DNA of 64,000 nucleotides. Origin: Octopus vulgaris. Taxonomy: Eukaryota. Below the pieces are notes generated by a model. The model was not told where the DNA came from. It did not search any database and worked only from the letters and a program-made list of their open reading frames with translations. This document shows, piece by piece, positions 13,301 through 26,748 of this stretch. A program made the position numbers and the translations under genes. How positions within the stretch are numbered: position 1 is the stretch's first letter; each line of letters starts with the position of its first letter. The stretch covers positions 64,108,001 through 64,172,000 of the forward strand of contig OX597822.1 of assembly GCA_951406725.2 (NCBI GenBank). The letters run 5' to 3'.

Positions 13301-14662
13301 TTCCTGGTGGCACAAAATAATTCATATAATTCATTAACGCGATTATACATGCATGGAAATTCCGTATTCTTGTTTTTCTATTTTTTTTTTGTTTTTACAA
13401 TCTGGATAATAAAAAGAGATGGAAAACGGCAAGAGGTATATAAAATTATTAATGGGATTTCATAGCTGTATCTTGTATAAAACATGTTATTTTAAAATAA
13501 TGAGATTACATGATGTTATTATTTGAAGAGAAGAGTTATAAATTTTATTAACATTTGTTGTTAATAAAATATGCGAAAAAGGTTTTCAAGTGGATGGAGG
13601 TTAAATTATGATATGGTTAATTTTTGTAATAAAAATGGATATTAATATAATTTATAAAATTTATGAAAAGGAAAGAAAGGTGAAAATAAATAAAAACAAG
13701 AAAACATGGATGTATCTTATGTGATTTCTCTAATTAAATAAACTAGATGAACAAATCATATGAAAGAAAAATAGACGGTATGCAAATGATAACATATATT
13801 ACAAAAACAGTACCATATAAAATAAAACTAAATGAACTAATTAACTAAAAGGTAAAATTTAATTAACGAAGATATTCAGTATTTAAAAAGTATTATTTGA
13901 CAGTGTGTCACATAAAGTATTATTATTCGACTATACTAGTGGTTTAAATTATATGAAAAAGTGGTACATTATCAGTTGCTATTAGACATTTCTGGTTTTG
14001 GGTATTGATAAATTTGAGAGCTGTAACCAGAGGATTTGATATAGATATGCCGAAAAGGGATTATGTTGCTTATCAGGAATAATATTTTGTAAGAGAGAAC
14101 CTAGGTGGCGTGGTTGAAGTTTTGTTAAAAAACTTTTGATTAAATGAAAATTTGCCAAGTTGGTTAAAGATCAGAAAGCAGTATGTGTTTCCGGACTGTG
14201 TATACCAATTATAAGTGGTCGTTTAACACTAGTACCCCTATTAAAAAATTCTATGAGGGAAACTAGAGAAGTTCTATAAACGATTGCATCTCTAATTTTA
14301 ATTAAATATACGGTCGAGCCTCACGTATGTAAAAGAAAGTGAGTTGAAAAATTTCGATTGTCTGAGACTACTTCGCAATGAAGAGACGTAAACTCTTGGT
14401 GTGTGGTGTTTAGTATATAAGAACAACAAACAAACAGTTAATTCTGATAATGTCAGCAGACCAAGATTTTTAGGAAATTAAAGGTGGGGCACTTTGGAAT
14501 GGTTAGGACATAAAGTTGGCCTCGGTAGCTTTGTGAAATTTGAGCGTAGAAAGTTGGAACAAAGATCGCAAAGTATTCAATTCGATGCACTAATATCTCT
14601 ACTAAATCAATACTTGGCAAAATAAAGGGAAAAGGAAATAATTCTGAAATGAAAATGCGTTA

Positions 14663-14890
14663 AGGCGGCGAGCTGGCAGAAACTTTAGCACGTTGGGCAA
14701 AATGCTTTGTGGTATTTCGTCCGCCGCTGCGTTCTGAGTTCAAATTCCGCTGAGGTCGACTTTACCTTTTATCCTTTCGGGGTCGATAAATTAGGTACCA
14801 GTGACGCACTGGGATCGATGTAATCGACTTAATCCGTTTGTCTGTCCTTGTTTGTCCCCTCTATGTTTAGCCCCTATGGGCAATAAAGAA
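14663..14890 (+). mobile_element. SINE family B, full length
   Basis: aggcggcgagctggcagaa head through aataaagaaa tail. Confidence 0.9.
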
Positions 14891-17058
14891 AGAAAGAAAT
14901 TAACATTCGGCTGGTATTCATTTTTTAGTTAAATAGAATGGGACAACGTGAAATGAGGGCGGCTTGCTCATGGGCATAACTTGCCGTCCGGTTAGTAAAC
15001 GATCCTACGAAAAGTCGAACGAAAAGTTGGCCTCATTGGGATTTGCATTTAAAACGTAAAGTACTGTAGTAAAATGGAACAAATACCACACGTCATTGTT
15101 TTGTCTGGAATTAATTCTACCAATATCCCGATAATAATAGAAATAAGCGTGTCATATATGCCAGAACAGACGTTAGTGTTACCAAGATGGAAATCGCAAA
15201 AATTCAGAGGAAATTGTGTGGTGGGGGTGAGGGTGGTTGAAAGTTCCAACCAAAAGCAGCATGCAGAAAAGGAGGACCTCGGGGAACTAAAGCATTATAC
15301 TGGAAGTTAACTTACAATTAAACGTGAAAAAGAAAAGGTTTTGAAGGAGACATTTAGGGTAAACACTTGTATGCTGAGAGTGCTGCTGTACTTCATCCTC
15401 GTATGCAGCCTCGATGTCTCATCAGGCGGTGAAGCAGCTCTGTAGGTGTTTCGGCCTCGTTCTACCGCAACATTAGAACAGCCCAGGGACCACCCGTAGC
15501 CACTTGGGGCCACCCACCAATGTAAGCGACAAAGCTCCCGCACAGCAGCACAAAAAAGTAATGTTTACGCGGGGATGATTTATAAATTCTCAGTACTGGA
15601 GCAACCATCTATCAAATACATATGTCTTTCTACCTCTTGTGACCCCTATTACGTCTCATCACTCTTGGGGATCTGTACTAACGTTTTTATATATATACGG
15701 ATCCTTCCTCTCCCGAGCGTCAAACTTTTGGAATTTCCTCTCCGACTATGTTTTTCTTTCCCCGTCTGACTTCATTTAACACATGTTATAGCTAAGCCTG
15801 TAACACATCAGTCTGACCAGTCACTAAACACATATGAAATTCATGGGCACTGGTCCTTCTTCCTGCTTCCTGACATCTTTGAAGTGTAGGTGTCTCGTCT
15901 GTGATCACTGGAGATTTTCAATAAAGAAGAAAGAATCCTCGACTCCGGCACTTGACTTACACTTTACTTATCAACCAATGAAAGGATAAAAAGCAAAATT
16001 GACCTCTGCAGAATTTGAGTCCAGAGAGAAAAGCACAAGGACAATTACAACCAGGCGTTCTATCCGACGCTCTAAATACTCGTCTTCGCAATGTCTTCTT
16101 TCCATTGATTAGAATGTGGTTCATGCCAAACCCAGATTTTTGGTAATGCAACAGTAATTATATATATATATATATATATGTTTTAAAGCTGACTTCTTTG
16201 TGCAGATAAGCAGTACGGAAAGCCGAACCCTGAAAAATAAAAAAAAATCTTAAGATTACGTTGAAGGCCTTTCTAAAGCTTATCACATGATTCTTAGGAA
16301 ATGTTGCTTGAAGTTCAAGCTCAAAAGAAAGACCAAAAACAAAAACAAAAAAAACAGGTTGTCTCCTTCACCTGTTAAATAAGGAACACGTACACACAAA
16401 CAGAAGTACACATACACTCACGCACGCACGTACACACACACATACATGCATATATTCCCTTACTCATACATACATACATACATACATACATACATACATA
16501 CATACATACATACATACATACATACATACATACATACATGCATACATACATACATACATACATACATACATACATACATACATACATACATACGTAGAAA
16601 AAGAAATGTTTTGCTCTTCACTCTTCTCTTGTCAATGCAAGCCATGACAAGATAAAGGATTTATTTAACAAACGAGGGACAAAAATCAATACTGCATTAT
16701 TATGTGAAATTGTTCTCGATAGCTTAATGTCTATAATTGTGTATAATTTGTGTATAATATGAGTATCGTACTTATTCTTAGCTAAGAAAACCCAAGGACA
16801 ATATGTCTCGACCTACGGCAAAGAGAAAGAAACACAGCATCATTCACAACCTTTTTAATGCATGATATCAATTCGTAAATTGATAACATTGATAGGGCAA
16901 GGAACTATTTTCATAGCATGTAACACCGCACAGACGTTCTTATCTGATGATAACTTACAGCTTGGACATATGACACTTATCGAACATTATTATTAACGAC
17001 CCATTCAAATGACAAGAGTTATAAAGTCATTGCAGAGCTGAAGAGGGTGTCATGTGCA

Positions 17059-17125
<67 letters not shown>

Positions 17126-17140
17126 TAATAATAATAATAA

Positions 17141-17694
17141 ATGCCCTAATGCAGTACTAGGCAGTGGTTCTCATGGCTTCGGGTCTTAACTGATTCGAAG
17201 TGTTATCATGTACATTGTCTTGTTCTGGTATAAAAGATGGGCTACAGCAAATATTCTGCTCAATACCACAGCTTGTTTCTCAGTTGTTTGACCTCAACCA
17301 GTTGATCATGTCCCTTGGTGGCTGACAATATGTGCATCTCTGATCACGAGCAGAAGTAGTGAGGGGGCATCATAGCCATGTGTTGAGAGGGATTCTTTGG
17401 AGTTGGATAATTCACCTCTGGAAACATGGGTGTTTTGTTCAACATCCTTAAACAACCCTTATTCAAGGACCATTAGAGCAGGATGGGCTACTCGAACTGA
17501 AGAGGGTTCTTGCTGGGCCCCACCTGCAAGGTCATGCACTGTTAATCTTGATATGAGATCACCATGTCGCGCACATATGTTTGTGGTGCATGTGTTTGGT
17601 CTACCCTTATGAGACGGGTAGTTATGATGGGTATATTGGGCTTCGTATATTTTACCTCAGTGTCACTTTGATGACATGTGCTGCTCTCTCACTT

Positions 17695-17760
<66 letters not shown>

Positions 17761-18275
17761 TATCATGTACATTGTTTTGTCTTTATCATGTACATTGTTT
17801 TGTCTTCGTATAAAAGATGGGCTACAGCAAATATTCTGCTCAATACCACAGATTTGCTTGTCAGTTGTTTGACCTTAACCAGTTGAGCATGTCCCTTAGT
17901 GGCTGACGATATGTGCATCTCTGATCACGAGCAGAAGTAGTGGGGGAGCATCATAGCCATGTATTGAGAGGGATTCTTTGGGGTTTGATTAATTCACCTC
18001 TGGAAACATGGGTGGTTCTTTCAACATCCTTAAACAACCCTTATTCAGGGACCGTTTAAGCGGGATGGGCTACTCATCCTGAAGAAAATTCTAACTGGGC
18101 CCCACCTGCAAGGTCATGTGCTGTTTATCTTGGTATGAGATCACCATGTCGCGCACATATGGTTGTGATGCATGTGCCTGGTGTACCCTTATGAGACGGG
18201 TAGTCATGACGGGTATATTGGGCTTCGTATATTTTACCCCAGTGTCACTTTGATGGCATGCACTGTTCTCTCACT
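17141..18275 (+). mobile_element. Two tandem copies of a ~550-bp repeat (family F) embedded in (AAT)n
   Basis: 17141-17697 and ~17761-18275 are collinear; both end ctctctcact followed by (AAT)n; the second copy is 5' truncated. Confidence 0.8.
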
Positions 18276-18309
18276 CAATAATAATAATAATAATGATAAT
18301 AATAATAAT

Positions 18310-18513
18310 CCTTTCTACTATAGGCACAAGGCCCCAAATTTGGAGGAGGGGGATAGACGATTACAACAACTCCTGTACACAACTGGAACTTAATTTATCG
18401 ACCCCGAAAGGATGAAAGGCAAATTCGACCTCGGCGGAATTCGAACTCAGAATGTAGCGGTAGACGAAATACCGCTAAGCATTTCGCCCGGCGTGCTAAC
18501 GATTCTGTCAGCA
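18310..18513 (-). mobile_element. SINE family B
   Basis: atcgaccccgaaaggatgaaaggcaaattcgacctcggcggaa core. Confidence 0.85.
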
Positions 18514-18517
18514 CACC

Positions 18518-18582
<65 letters not shown>

Positions 18583-18974
18583 TAACAACAATGATGATGA
18601 TGATGATGATGACAATGACGACGATTTCTTTTATTTGTCAACAGCGCGACGGATGAGGGAGATATCAAAATAGACACAAAGTGTGGGGATTTACATAGGG
18701 TGGAAAGATTAAAGGGAAAATGTAACGTAAATCCACCGATTTTATGAGGGAGTGGGTTAGTCGATAACATCGACCCCAGTACTCGAGTGGTACTTTATTT
18801 ATCGACCTCGAAGGGATGAAAGTCAAAGTTGGCATTGATTTGAGCTCAGGACATAAAGAACTGTAAAAATTCTCTCTCGCTGAACATTTTATTCCCTGCT
18901 CAAATGATTCTGTCAGTTCGTGTTGAAAAGGAAAAAGAAAAAGAAATAAAAATAATGTAAAAAATATATGGTGC

Positions 18975-19058
<84 letters not shown>

Positions 19059-19119
19059 GGAGAGAGAGAGGGCAAGAGAGAGGGCGAGAGAGGGCGAGAG
19101 AGAGAGAGAAAGAGAGAGA

Positions 19120-19710
19120 ATTTCTTTATTCACCATAAGGTTGAGAAAAAGAGGGGACAATACGGGGTCAGACAAAACAAACGTTGGGGTCAGGGTATCG
19201 AATGAGATGAATAAACAAACAATTGAAATATATACAATTAAATGAGAATGAGTGATTAACAAAAAATGAAGCGGAGGACGCGGTTGACCCCACAAACCAC
19301 ATACTCACACTGAAGACTTTGCTTTCTCCTTTTTTACATTCTCGATTAAACAGGTTCTTTCACTCGTAACATACTTGCTATAGACTTCCATCTTTTACGA
19401 AACACACTTTGCGACAGGCATTTCTTCTCCAGCCTTATTTTCCGTTTCATGTGGAAAACGAAAAAGTCGATTAGCTCGAGACTGGAGATAAACATGCCTG
19501 TTGCAATTCCTTTCACTCTCGTCTTCCATACTACTTCTTTCGCCACAGCAACTACCGAGAGAAAACAGGCTCGTTCCTCCCTATTCAGGGAGGTCGGCGG
19601 AACGATCTTAATTACAGATTCGCTCGACAGTTGTACTCTTCTCGAATGCGACAGCAGGTGTTCGACATAAGCCCAGAGTTCAGTCACCTTGGGGCATCGC
19701 ACAATCGCGT
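19120..19710 (-). pseudogene. Tx1/L1-clade LINE 3' end in (GA)n
   Basis: ORF 19346-19702 (RCPKVTELWAYVEHLLS...KRWK) is homologous to the C-terminus of ORF 55616-56422; AATAAA at 19125-19130 (minus). Confidence 0.85.
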
Positions 19711-19736
19711 GAGAGAGAGGAGAGAGTCATCTATAG

Positions 19737-20040
19737 CAGTGGTTCTCAAACTTTTTTGGATTGCCGCCCCCTTGACACTCAGATCGCATTCCTAGCCCCA
19801 ACCCCCGCACCCCAACTAACCATCACAAACATAGACCTCTTTCTGAAGCAAATTCAAAGCAACTGTGTTTCACAAATAAAACTTAACCTAGTAAACCCAT
19901 TATTTTGTTGTTTCTACATGAATTGCCACCCCATTATCACCCCACTTTTTAGATGAATTACTACCACATTATCACCACACTTTTCTTCAAACTTTCCTCC
20001 GCCCCAGGGGCGGCAGTACTGACCACTTTCGGAAACAATT
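19737..20040. mobile_element. hAT (Charlie-like) MITE
   Basis: Left TIR cagtggttctcaaa; degenerate right TIR; 8-bp flanks atctatag/atttatag. Confidence 0.65.
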
Positions 20041-20374
20041 ATTTATAGCATATAGAGCATTCAACATACCCCTAAAGTGTAAAGTAAATATCTTCCCATG
20101 TTAGGAAATTGAAAACGGAAATAGAAATTCGAGCCAACCAGTCACGCCAGGTACTTAACTCTCGCTCATCTTTTAATACGTTTGCTGGAAAATAGCACAA
20201 GTCCCTTGCATTTTCATTTGTTATCTTTCGGTCGTAGTTGAAAAAGACGATAAGAGCCTTACTGAAGAGGAGAGAGTTGTCTCACTGCTTTTGCTATTTC
20301 GTCCGCCAGATTTCTTCTGTAGCAAAATTCGAAACCAAGTCGAGAAATTGACAAAAGGTCAGCAATTTTGAGGG

Positions 20375-20540
20375 AGTCGATTGTATCAGCCCCAGTCCTC
20401 AACTGATGCTTTATTTTATTGACACCGAAAGGATGAAAGGCAAAGTCGATCTTGGCGGAATTTGAACTCAGAGTGTAAAGACGGACGAGATGCCGCTAAG
20501 CATTTTGCCCAGCGCGGTAACGATTGTGCCAGCTCACCGT
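20375..20540 (-). mobile_element. SINE family B (diverged)
   Basis: gaaaggatgaaaggcaaagtcgat...gaatttgaactcaga. Confidence 0.8.
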
Positions 20541-21568
20541 TTTTGTGTATGTATAAATTAAATATATGTACATGTATGTATGAATGTATTTATACACGTG
20601 TATATGTATGCATGAGTGTATGTGCGAGTGTTTGTGCAATAAGAAAAAGAGAGATAATAGACGGATAGATAAATAGAAAGAAAGAGAGAGAGATGGAGAG
20701 ATGTAATCTAAACTAACGAGCATGTGTTTTTAGCAAACGCACATTCTAAATTTCGTTATGGAAAGCAAACAATGTGATTAAATGATGTGTTTGCTTTCTG
20801 TGGTAAGAAAAAAAAAAGCAGAACTTGACTATTTTCAGTGTTTTCAACGTTTGTAAGAGATCGGTTCATTTCTTACCGATATACAAAATAGCAACGAGTA
20901 GTTCGCTATTTATAGTATACACAAGCTAAAAAGAAGAAAAAAAAGAAAAAAAACAACTTAGATCTATTTGAAATTACATAAGTAATAAAGGTAAAAAAAA
21001 GCACAGCTGGAAATAGTTAATCGATCGTCATTTTCTGGCTACAAAGAGAAAAATGCATGATTTAACCAAATTATTTTTACAGAAAGGTACAAAACACATA
21101 TTTACTAAAAGCTCCTGCTCAAACAGTATCTTCTCTTCTAATTTACCTTACCACTGTGTAGGGTAAATAATCTCATTGATTATTTACTTTGCTAGTGCTT
21201 GTACTGTTATGTAAATTAGAATAAAACAATTTACTTCTATCCGAGTGTATATAAATAACTATATGCTACTATGCGCAGACACGGCTGTGTGGCTAAAAAA
21301 TATGCTTTGCAACCATGTATGTATGTATGTATGTATGTATGTATGTATGTATGTATGTATGTATGTATGTATGTGTGCATATATATGCGTGTAGGTATTA
21401 GAATATACAATATGAATTAAGTTAAGCTCTACATGGATACATGCACGTATACACATATTTTCCAGCACATGTTATGATATACTTCAGGTAACATACTGTT
21501 GAGTTAAGACAGCTGTTTCCCCATAAACAGGATACATATTCATTTATACTTATATGCATATACACACA

Positions 21569-21645
<77 letters not shown>

Positions 21646-21667
21646 GAATATATGCGTGTAGATATAT

Positions 21668-21706
<39 letters not shown>

Positions 21707-22047
21707 GCATATATTCTATTATATATATATATATATTACGTTACTGTACGTATGCCTTCAATATGTTCAAGAATGGATATGCACCCCATTGCATGCTGCT
21801 GTAAAAACCAAGTGTCGAAAACGCATCTGCTTTGATCTCGTAGTCGGAGTTATGTGTGAGCAAGTTTAAGACAACATACACATCTCCCTGCTCTCTCTCT
21901 CTCTCTTCCTGTCTCTCTCTCCCTCTCTCCTCTCTCTCTATATACATACACATGTGTATATTTTAAAGAGACTACTCCATTTTATAAATGTATATGTATA
22001 TATACATACATATATAGATAGATAGATATCTGTGTGAGCGTGTGCGT

Positions 22048-22114
<67 letters not shown>

Positions 22115-22439
22115 TTGTGTCCCAGCAGTATCTACACCACCTCATATGTATATATATATATTCATATACACATGCAGCGATCATAGAACAAGTTATTCAA
22201 CGGCGAAATGTTTATGAATTTATTTTCCTTTAAAAAAAATAAAAATGAATACAAGACAAGCAAGTTAACAAACAGAATTTTAAAAAAAATATCTATTTTT
22301 GACTTGATAAACATAATTTTAACCTGCACTTTAAAAATATGCCGAGGAAAATATTATAATATATTTGTACTATTAAGGAAATTATAATGGAAAAAAATGT
22401 AATTGCGGCTCCAAAATTCTAATTTGATAGCTGTATGTA

Positions 22440-23005
22440 TTGGGTTGTCTGGAAAGTTCGTGCCGATTTATAGTAGCTTATCTTTCGATTTATTTTAGAA
22501 AATGGTTGATTTCACAAAACAGGATTTTACTACACCGCCATCTAAAGCACAGTTTAAGCTATCTTTTCGTGGAAGAAAGTTTATGTTCCTATAACCTGTG
22601 TTAATTCTGTAAACTTTTAAAATGGAAGATAAGAATGTTCCTTTTCGGCACTTGATGCTTTGGGAACCAGACAAACATTGCTGCAGCTCGGCTGGGATGT
22701 GTTACCCCACCCTCCATATTCACCAGATATTGCTCCTTCGAATTTCCACTTATTCAGGTCTCTGCAGAATAGTGTTAAAGGTAAAATTTTCAATTCCTTG
22801 GATGACGTAAAAAGATACCTTGATGAATTCTTTGCCATGAAAGCATCTCAATTCTGGGAAGAGGGTATTTTCAAGTTAAAGGAAAGATGGAGACGCATAG
22901 TGTAACAATATGGTTCATATTTGGTTGATTAAAAATGTAATGGCAAGTATTTATTGACCCTTTTCTTTCCTTTAAAAATCGGCACGAACTTTCCGGACAA
23001 CCCAA
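22440..23005 (+). mobile_element. Internally deleted mariner transposon
   Basis: ~30-bp TIRs ttgggttgtc(t/c)ggaaagttcgtgccgattt, TA TSD; N-terminus MEDKNVPFRHLMLW fused to LPHPPYSPDIAPSNFHLFRSLQN. Confidence 0.95.
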
Positions 23006-23134
23006 TATTCATAATATTATTTATATGGAAGCTTAATTTATACCAAATATGTTGACTTTAGTTTTTGGTGTTAGCAAAACAATCATATTGGTAATAAAGC
23101 GTTCGTTGAAAACATACGGAACAAAACAGACTGT

Positions 23135-23345
23135 TTATTCTATTATTTGTTTTTCAGTCATTTGACTGCAGCCATGCTGGAGTACCGCCTTTAGTTGAAC
23201 AAATCGACCCCAGGACGTATTCTTTGTAAGCCTAGTACTTATTCTATCGTTCCCTTTTGCCGAACCGCTAAGTTACGGGGACGTAAACACACCAGCATCG
23301 GTTGTCAAGCAATGGTGGGGGACAAACACAGACACACAAACACAC
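23135..23345 (-). mobile_element. SINE family A 3' half
   Basis: Reverse complement of cgatgctggtgtgtttacgtccccgtaacttagcggttcggc...aaatgactgaaa. Confidence 0.85.
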
Positions 23346-23349
23346 ACAA

Positions 23350-23419
<70 letters not shown>

Positions 23420-23714
23420 CATGTATAAGACGGGCTTCTTTCATGTATAAGACGGGCTTCTTTAACCGGTAGGTTAAAGGGACGTAAACACAACAATTGT
23501 CAAGCGATGTTGGGGGTAAAACAGAGACACACAAACACACACAGATATATTTCCCGAGTGTTAAACTAATACATATGTTTGTTTGTTTACACACTCGTCT
23601 TCGCCTTTTTTTTTGTAAATTCCAACTATATATATATTGTCCTTACCTTCGTAACGCGGAGTAGATAAAACTGGGGACAACTGATGAAGGGAATGTTCTT
23701 TATGTTGCATTTTC

Positions 23715-24309
23715 AAAAAGTTTTCATCGTTCTCAACACAATCAAAGAGATGTGCAACGGAAACCCGAGTGTTTTTTTGGTCAGCTGAAAGCAGTTTGAC
23801 TCGTTTCTCATACCCAAATCTTCAATGATAATGGACTAAATTGAACCGTAACTAATCTTCACATTTTCTGCTAATTCACAAATGGTGATTCGACGATTTC
23901 CTCTCACAGTTGCATTCACATCTGCGATGTTTTTCTCAGTTCTGGTTGTTGCGGGTCTCCCAGAATGTTCGTCAATATCGACATTTTTTCGGCCATCTTG
24001 GAAAAGCTTGAAACACTCGTACACTTGTATGCGGCTCATATACTTCTCTCCATACATTTTCTGCAGCTTTGTGTAGGTCTCTAAGCAGGATCGCCATGAC
24101 AACTTTCTCTGTCATGGTCAATGCGACGATCGCACGCTACACACCTTCCTTCCAAGCACTGCTGTAAACAACGGAAGTGAGCTAGAACGTTAAAACTTAG
24201 TGTACATGCACAACAGAGTTCAAGGTCAATCTTTACCAAGCGGCTTCACTCTGCGTGCTTTAGCTTTGTTACTATGGTAACAGTCCGGATACCTATTGAT
24301 CAAACCTCG
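23715..24309 (-). pseudogene. Mariner transposon 5' fragment (HTH region)
   Basis: LQKMYGEKYMSRIQVYECFKLFQDGR..VD.DEHSGRP...NRRITI.ELA; 5' TIR cgaggtttgatcaatagg next to TA at 24310. Confidence 0.9.
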
Positions 24310-24434
24310 TATGTATGCATATTTATACATAAGATGTGTATGCGAGTGAGTGTGTATGTATGAGTGTAAGTACAGCTCTAAATATGTATCTATGTATTCA
24401 TTAACGTGTGCGTCTATGTATTCAAAAGCATACA

Positions 24435-24597
24435 GGCGCAGGAGTGGCTGTGTGGTAAGTAGCTTGCTTACGAACCACATTGTTCCAGGTTCAGTCCCAC
24501 TGCGTGACACCTTGGGCAAGTGTCTGCTTCTATAGCCTCGGGTCGACCAAAGCCTTGTGAGTGGATTTGGTAGACAGATACTGAAAGAAGCCTGTCG

Positions 24598-24660
<63 letters not shown>

Positions 24661-24868
24661 TTGTGTGTCTGTGTTTGTTCCCCCAACATCGCTTGACAGC
24701 CGATGCTGGTGTGTTTACGTCCCCGCAACTTAGCGGTTCGGCAAGACAGACCGATAGAATAAGTACTAGGCTTACAAAGAATAAGTCCTGGCGTCGAATT
24801 GCTCGACTAAAGGCGGTGCTCCAGCATGACCACAGTCAAATGACTGAAACAAATAAAGAATAAAAGAA
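24435..24868 (+). mobile_element. SINE family A, full length
   Basis: Head ggcgcaggagtggctgtgtgg, box B GGTTCAGTCC, internal microsatellite, tail aataaaagaa. Confidence 0.9.
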
Positions 24869-25340
24869 TATATATATATGGTACGGGTACGTAGTTCTAT
24901 AAATATACCTAAAGAAAGACGCACCCACGCACAAATAAATATATATATATATATATAATTTTAATCCAAACGGGAAACAAAAAAACAACAACAATGGAAC
25001 AATTACAGTATTATTATTAATAGGCGCTCAGGAAATGGAAGCAGGGAGGTATGACAGAGAGAGAGAGAGAGAAAATGGGACAGAAAGACACATACACACA
25101 CACACTCGCATACACATACTTACGTACATATACGGTTATGTGTGTATGATAACGGGAAAGCGAGATTCAGAGAAACGAGAGATTCCAGCAGTTTACTATG
25201 TGGGTTCGTTTAGTGCATTGAGTTACCTGTTCAGTGAATCAGTTTTCTACTGGATTAAGCTGATGTTGAACGCACTCTAACTTCTCGGCCCTTCTCTACC
25301 ACATGATCTAGCCTGTAACAGATCACGTGTCAAATATGGG

Positions 25341-25385
<45 letters not shown>

Positions 25386-25414
25386 ATATGAATATGTCTA
25401 TATATATGTATATA

Positions 25415-25475
<61 letters not shown>

Positions 25476-25789
25476 GTATATATGTATATATATATATTTA
25501 CACATGTATACATATGCGTGTGTGTTAGTGTGTATATGTACGAGTCTTTTTTAAGCTGTCGAAGTTTGTATCGGCATGCACCAGGTATTTAGAGGTATGA
25601 CCAGTTTGGTAATCTAGCATATTATTTAGTGCAATAGAAACCGCAGACCACGAGATTAAATGTCTTAGAGAACATGGCTTCGTCTTTTTACAACCCTGTA
25701 CTTGCAATTCCCAAACGGGAAGGCGGACGATTTTGTCTTTCAGATTCCTTGCGAGTTTAAAGAAAAAAACTAAGTTGCACTGTGTTCTG

Positions 25790-25882
<93 letters not shown>

Positions 25883-26104
25883 ATATATGTTTATATATTT
25901 GAGTAGTTGAATGAATTATCTTATTAAGAATAATTCGAAAGATAACCGATACCTGGGTAGCAAATTCACATCAGAAAGAACACGGTTGAAGCTACGTCCC
26001 TAGGGCATAGACAACGTGTCTTCGTGCGGAAATTTGTATGTTTATTTTAAAATTATAAGTATATGAAAGAATGGAGTTGAACGACTAGTTAACAAATATC
26101 CTTT

Positions 26105-26189
26105 ATTCTCGACATATGCTTCGAAGGCTGCATATTCCTAATTCCGAATGAATAAGGAGTACATTATACAGATTTCTCATCAGGAAAAT
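26105..26189 (-). ncRNA. Hammerhead ribozyme with extended stem II, in the PLE pLTR
   Basis: Minus strand: attttc-CTGATGA-gaa[~50-nt hairpin]ttc-GAAG-catatg-TC-gagaat; palindromic stem III; GAAG instead of GAAA. Confidence 0.75.
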
Positions 26190-26748
26190 CAAGGAACTTA
26201 TGTCGACATCAAAATGCACACAAACTTTTAGCTGACCGCTCTCAAGGAGCCCATGGCGATAATGAGTGTCTCTTTATAATGAGTGACGTCAGAGTGGCTG
26301 AATGTAGAAGAATCTAGAAGTTTCTAAAGGTTCAAGAGTTCAAACGAAGTAGGAGGAGGGAGGCATAAGAATAGTAAGGTGAGAGAGTGCAGGTTAAAAG
26401 AATGGTGGGTTTAAATGATTTCTTTTGTGGATGAGTGCCTGTGTGTGTGACTGTATATAACTGTCTTAATGTGTGTATGTGTGTGTCTGAATGCGTGATT
26501 GTGTTTGTGGATGGGTAGATGTCAGAAAACTGACTGCTGTGAAGTGAAAGATCTGTGTCTGTGTGTTCGATTATGTTTACTGTAGAGAAAGGAAAGTAGA
26601 TAGCGAAAGGGAGAAAGAATCGGGCGAGGTGAGAGGCAACGCAAGAATGGATAGTAGTAATTGGGAATATAAGAAAATCTTTTTGACTGTTGGGGTGAAA
26701 TATAGGAAAAAATTTTTTGGGAAATCGAGGGGTTATCTATATTAGTCA

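Noticed and set aside
15410-15470. Minus-strand GAAAC...TA...CTGATGA words
   Set aside because: Could not pair stems I, II or III; single copy in the window.
21765-21850. TPLHAAV ankyrin-like peptide
   Set aside because: The rest of the ankyrin consensus is absent, it needs a frameshift, and there are no clear splice sites.
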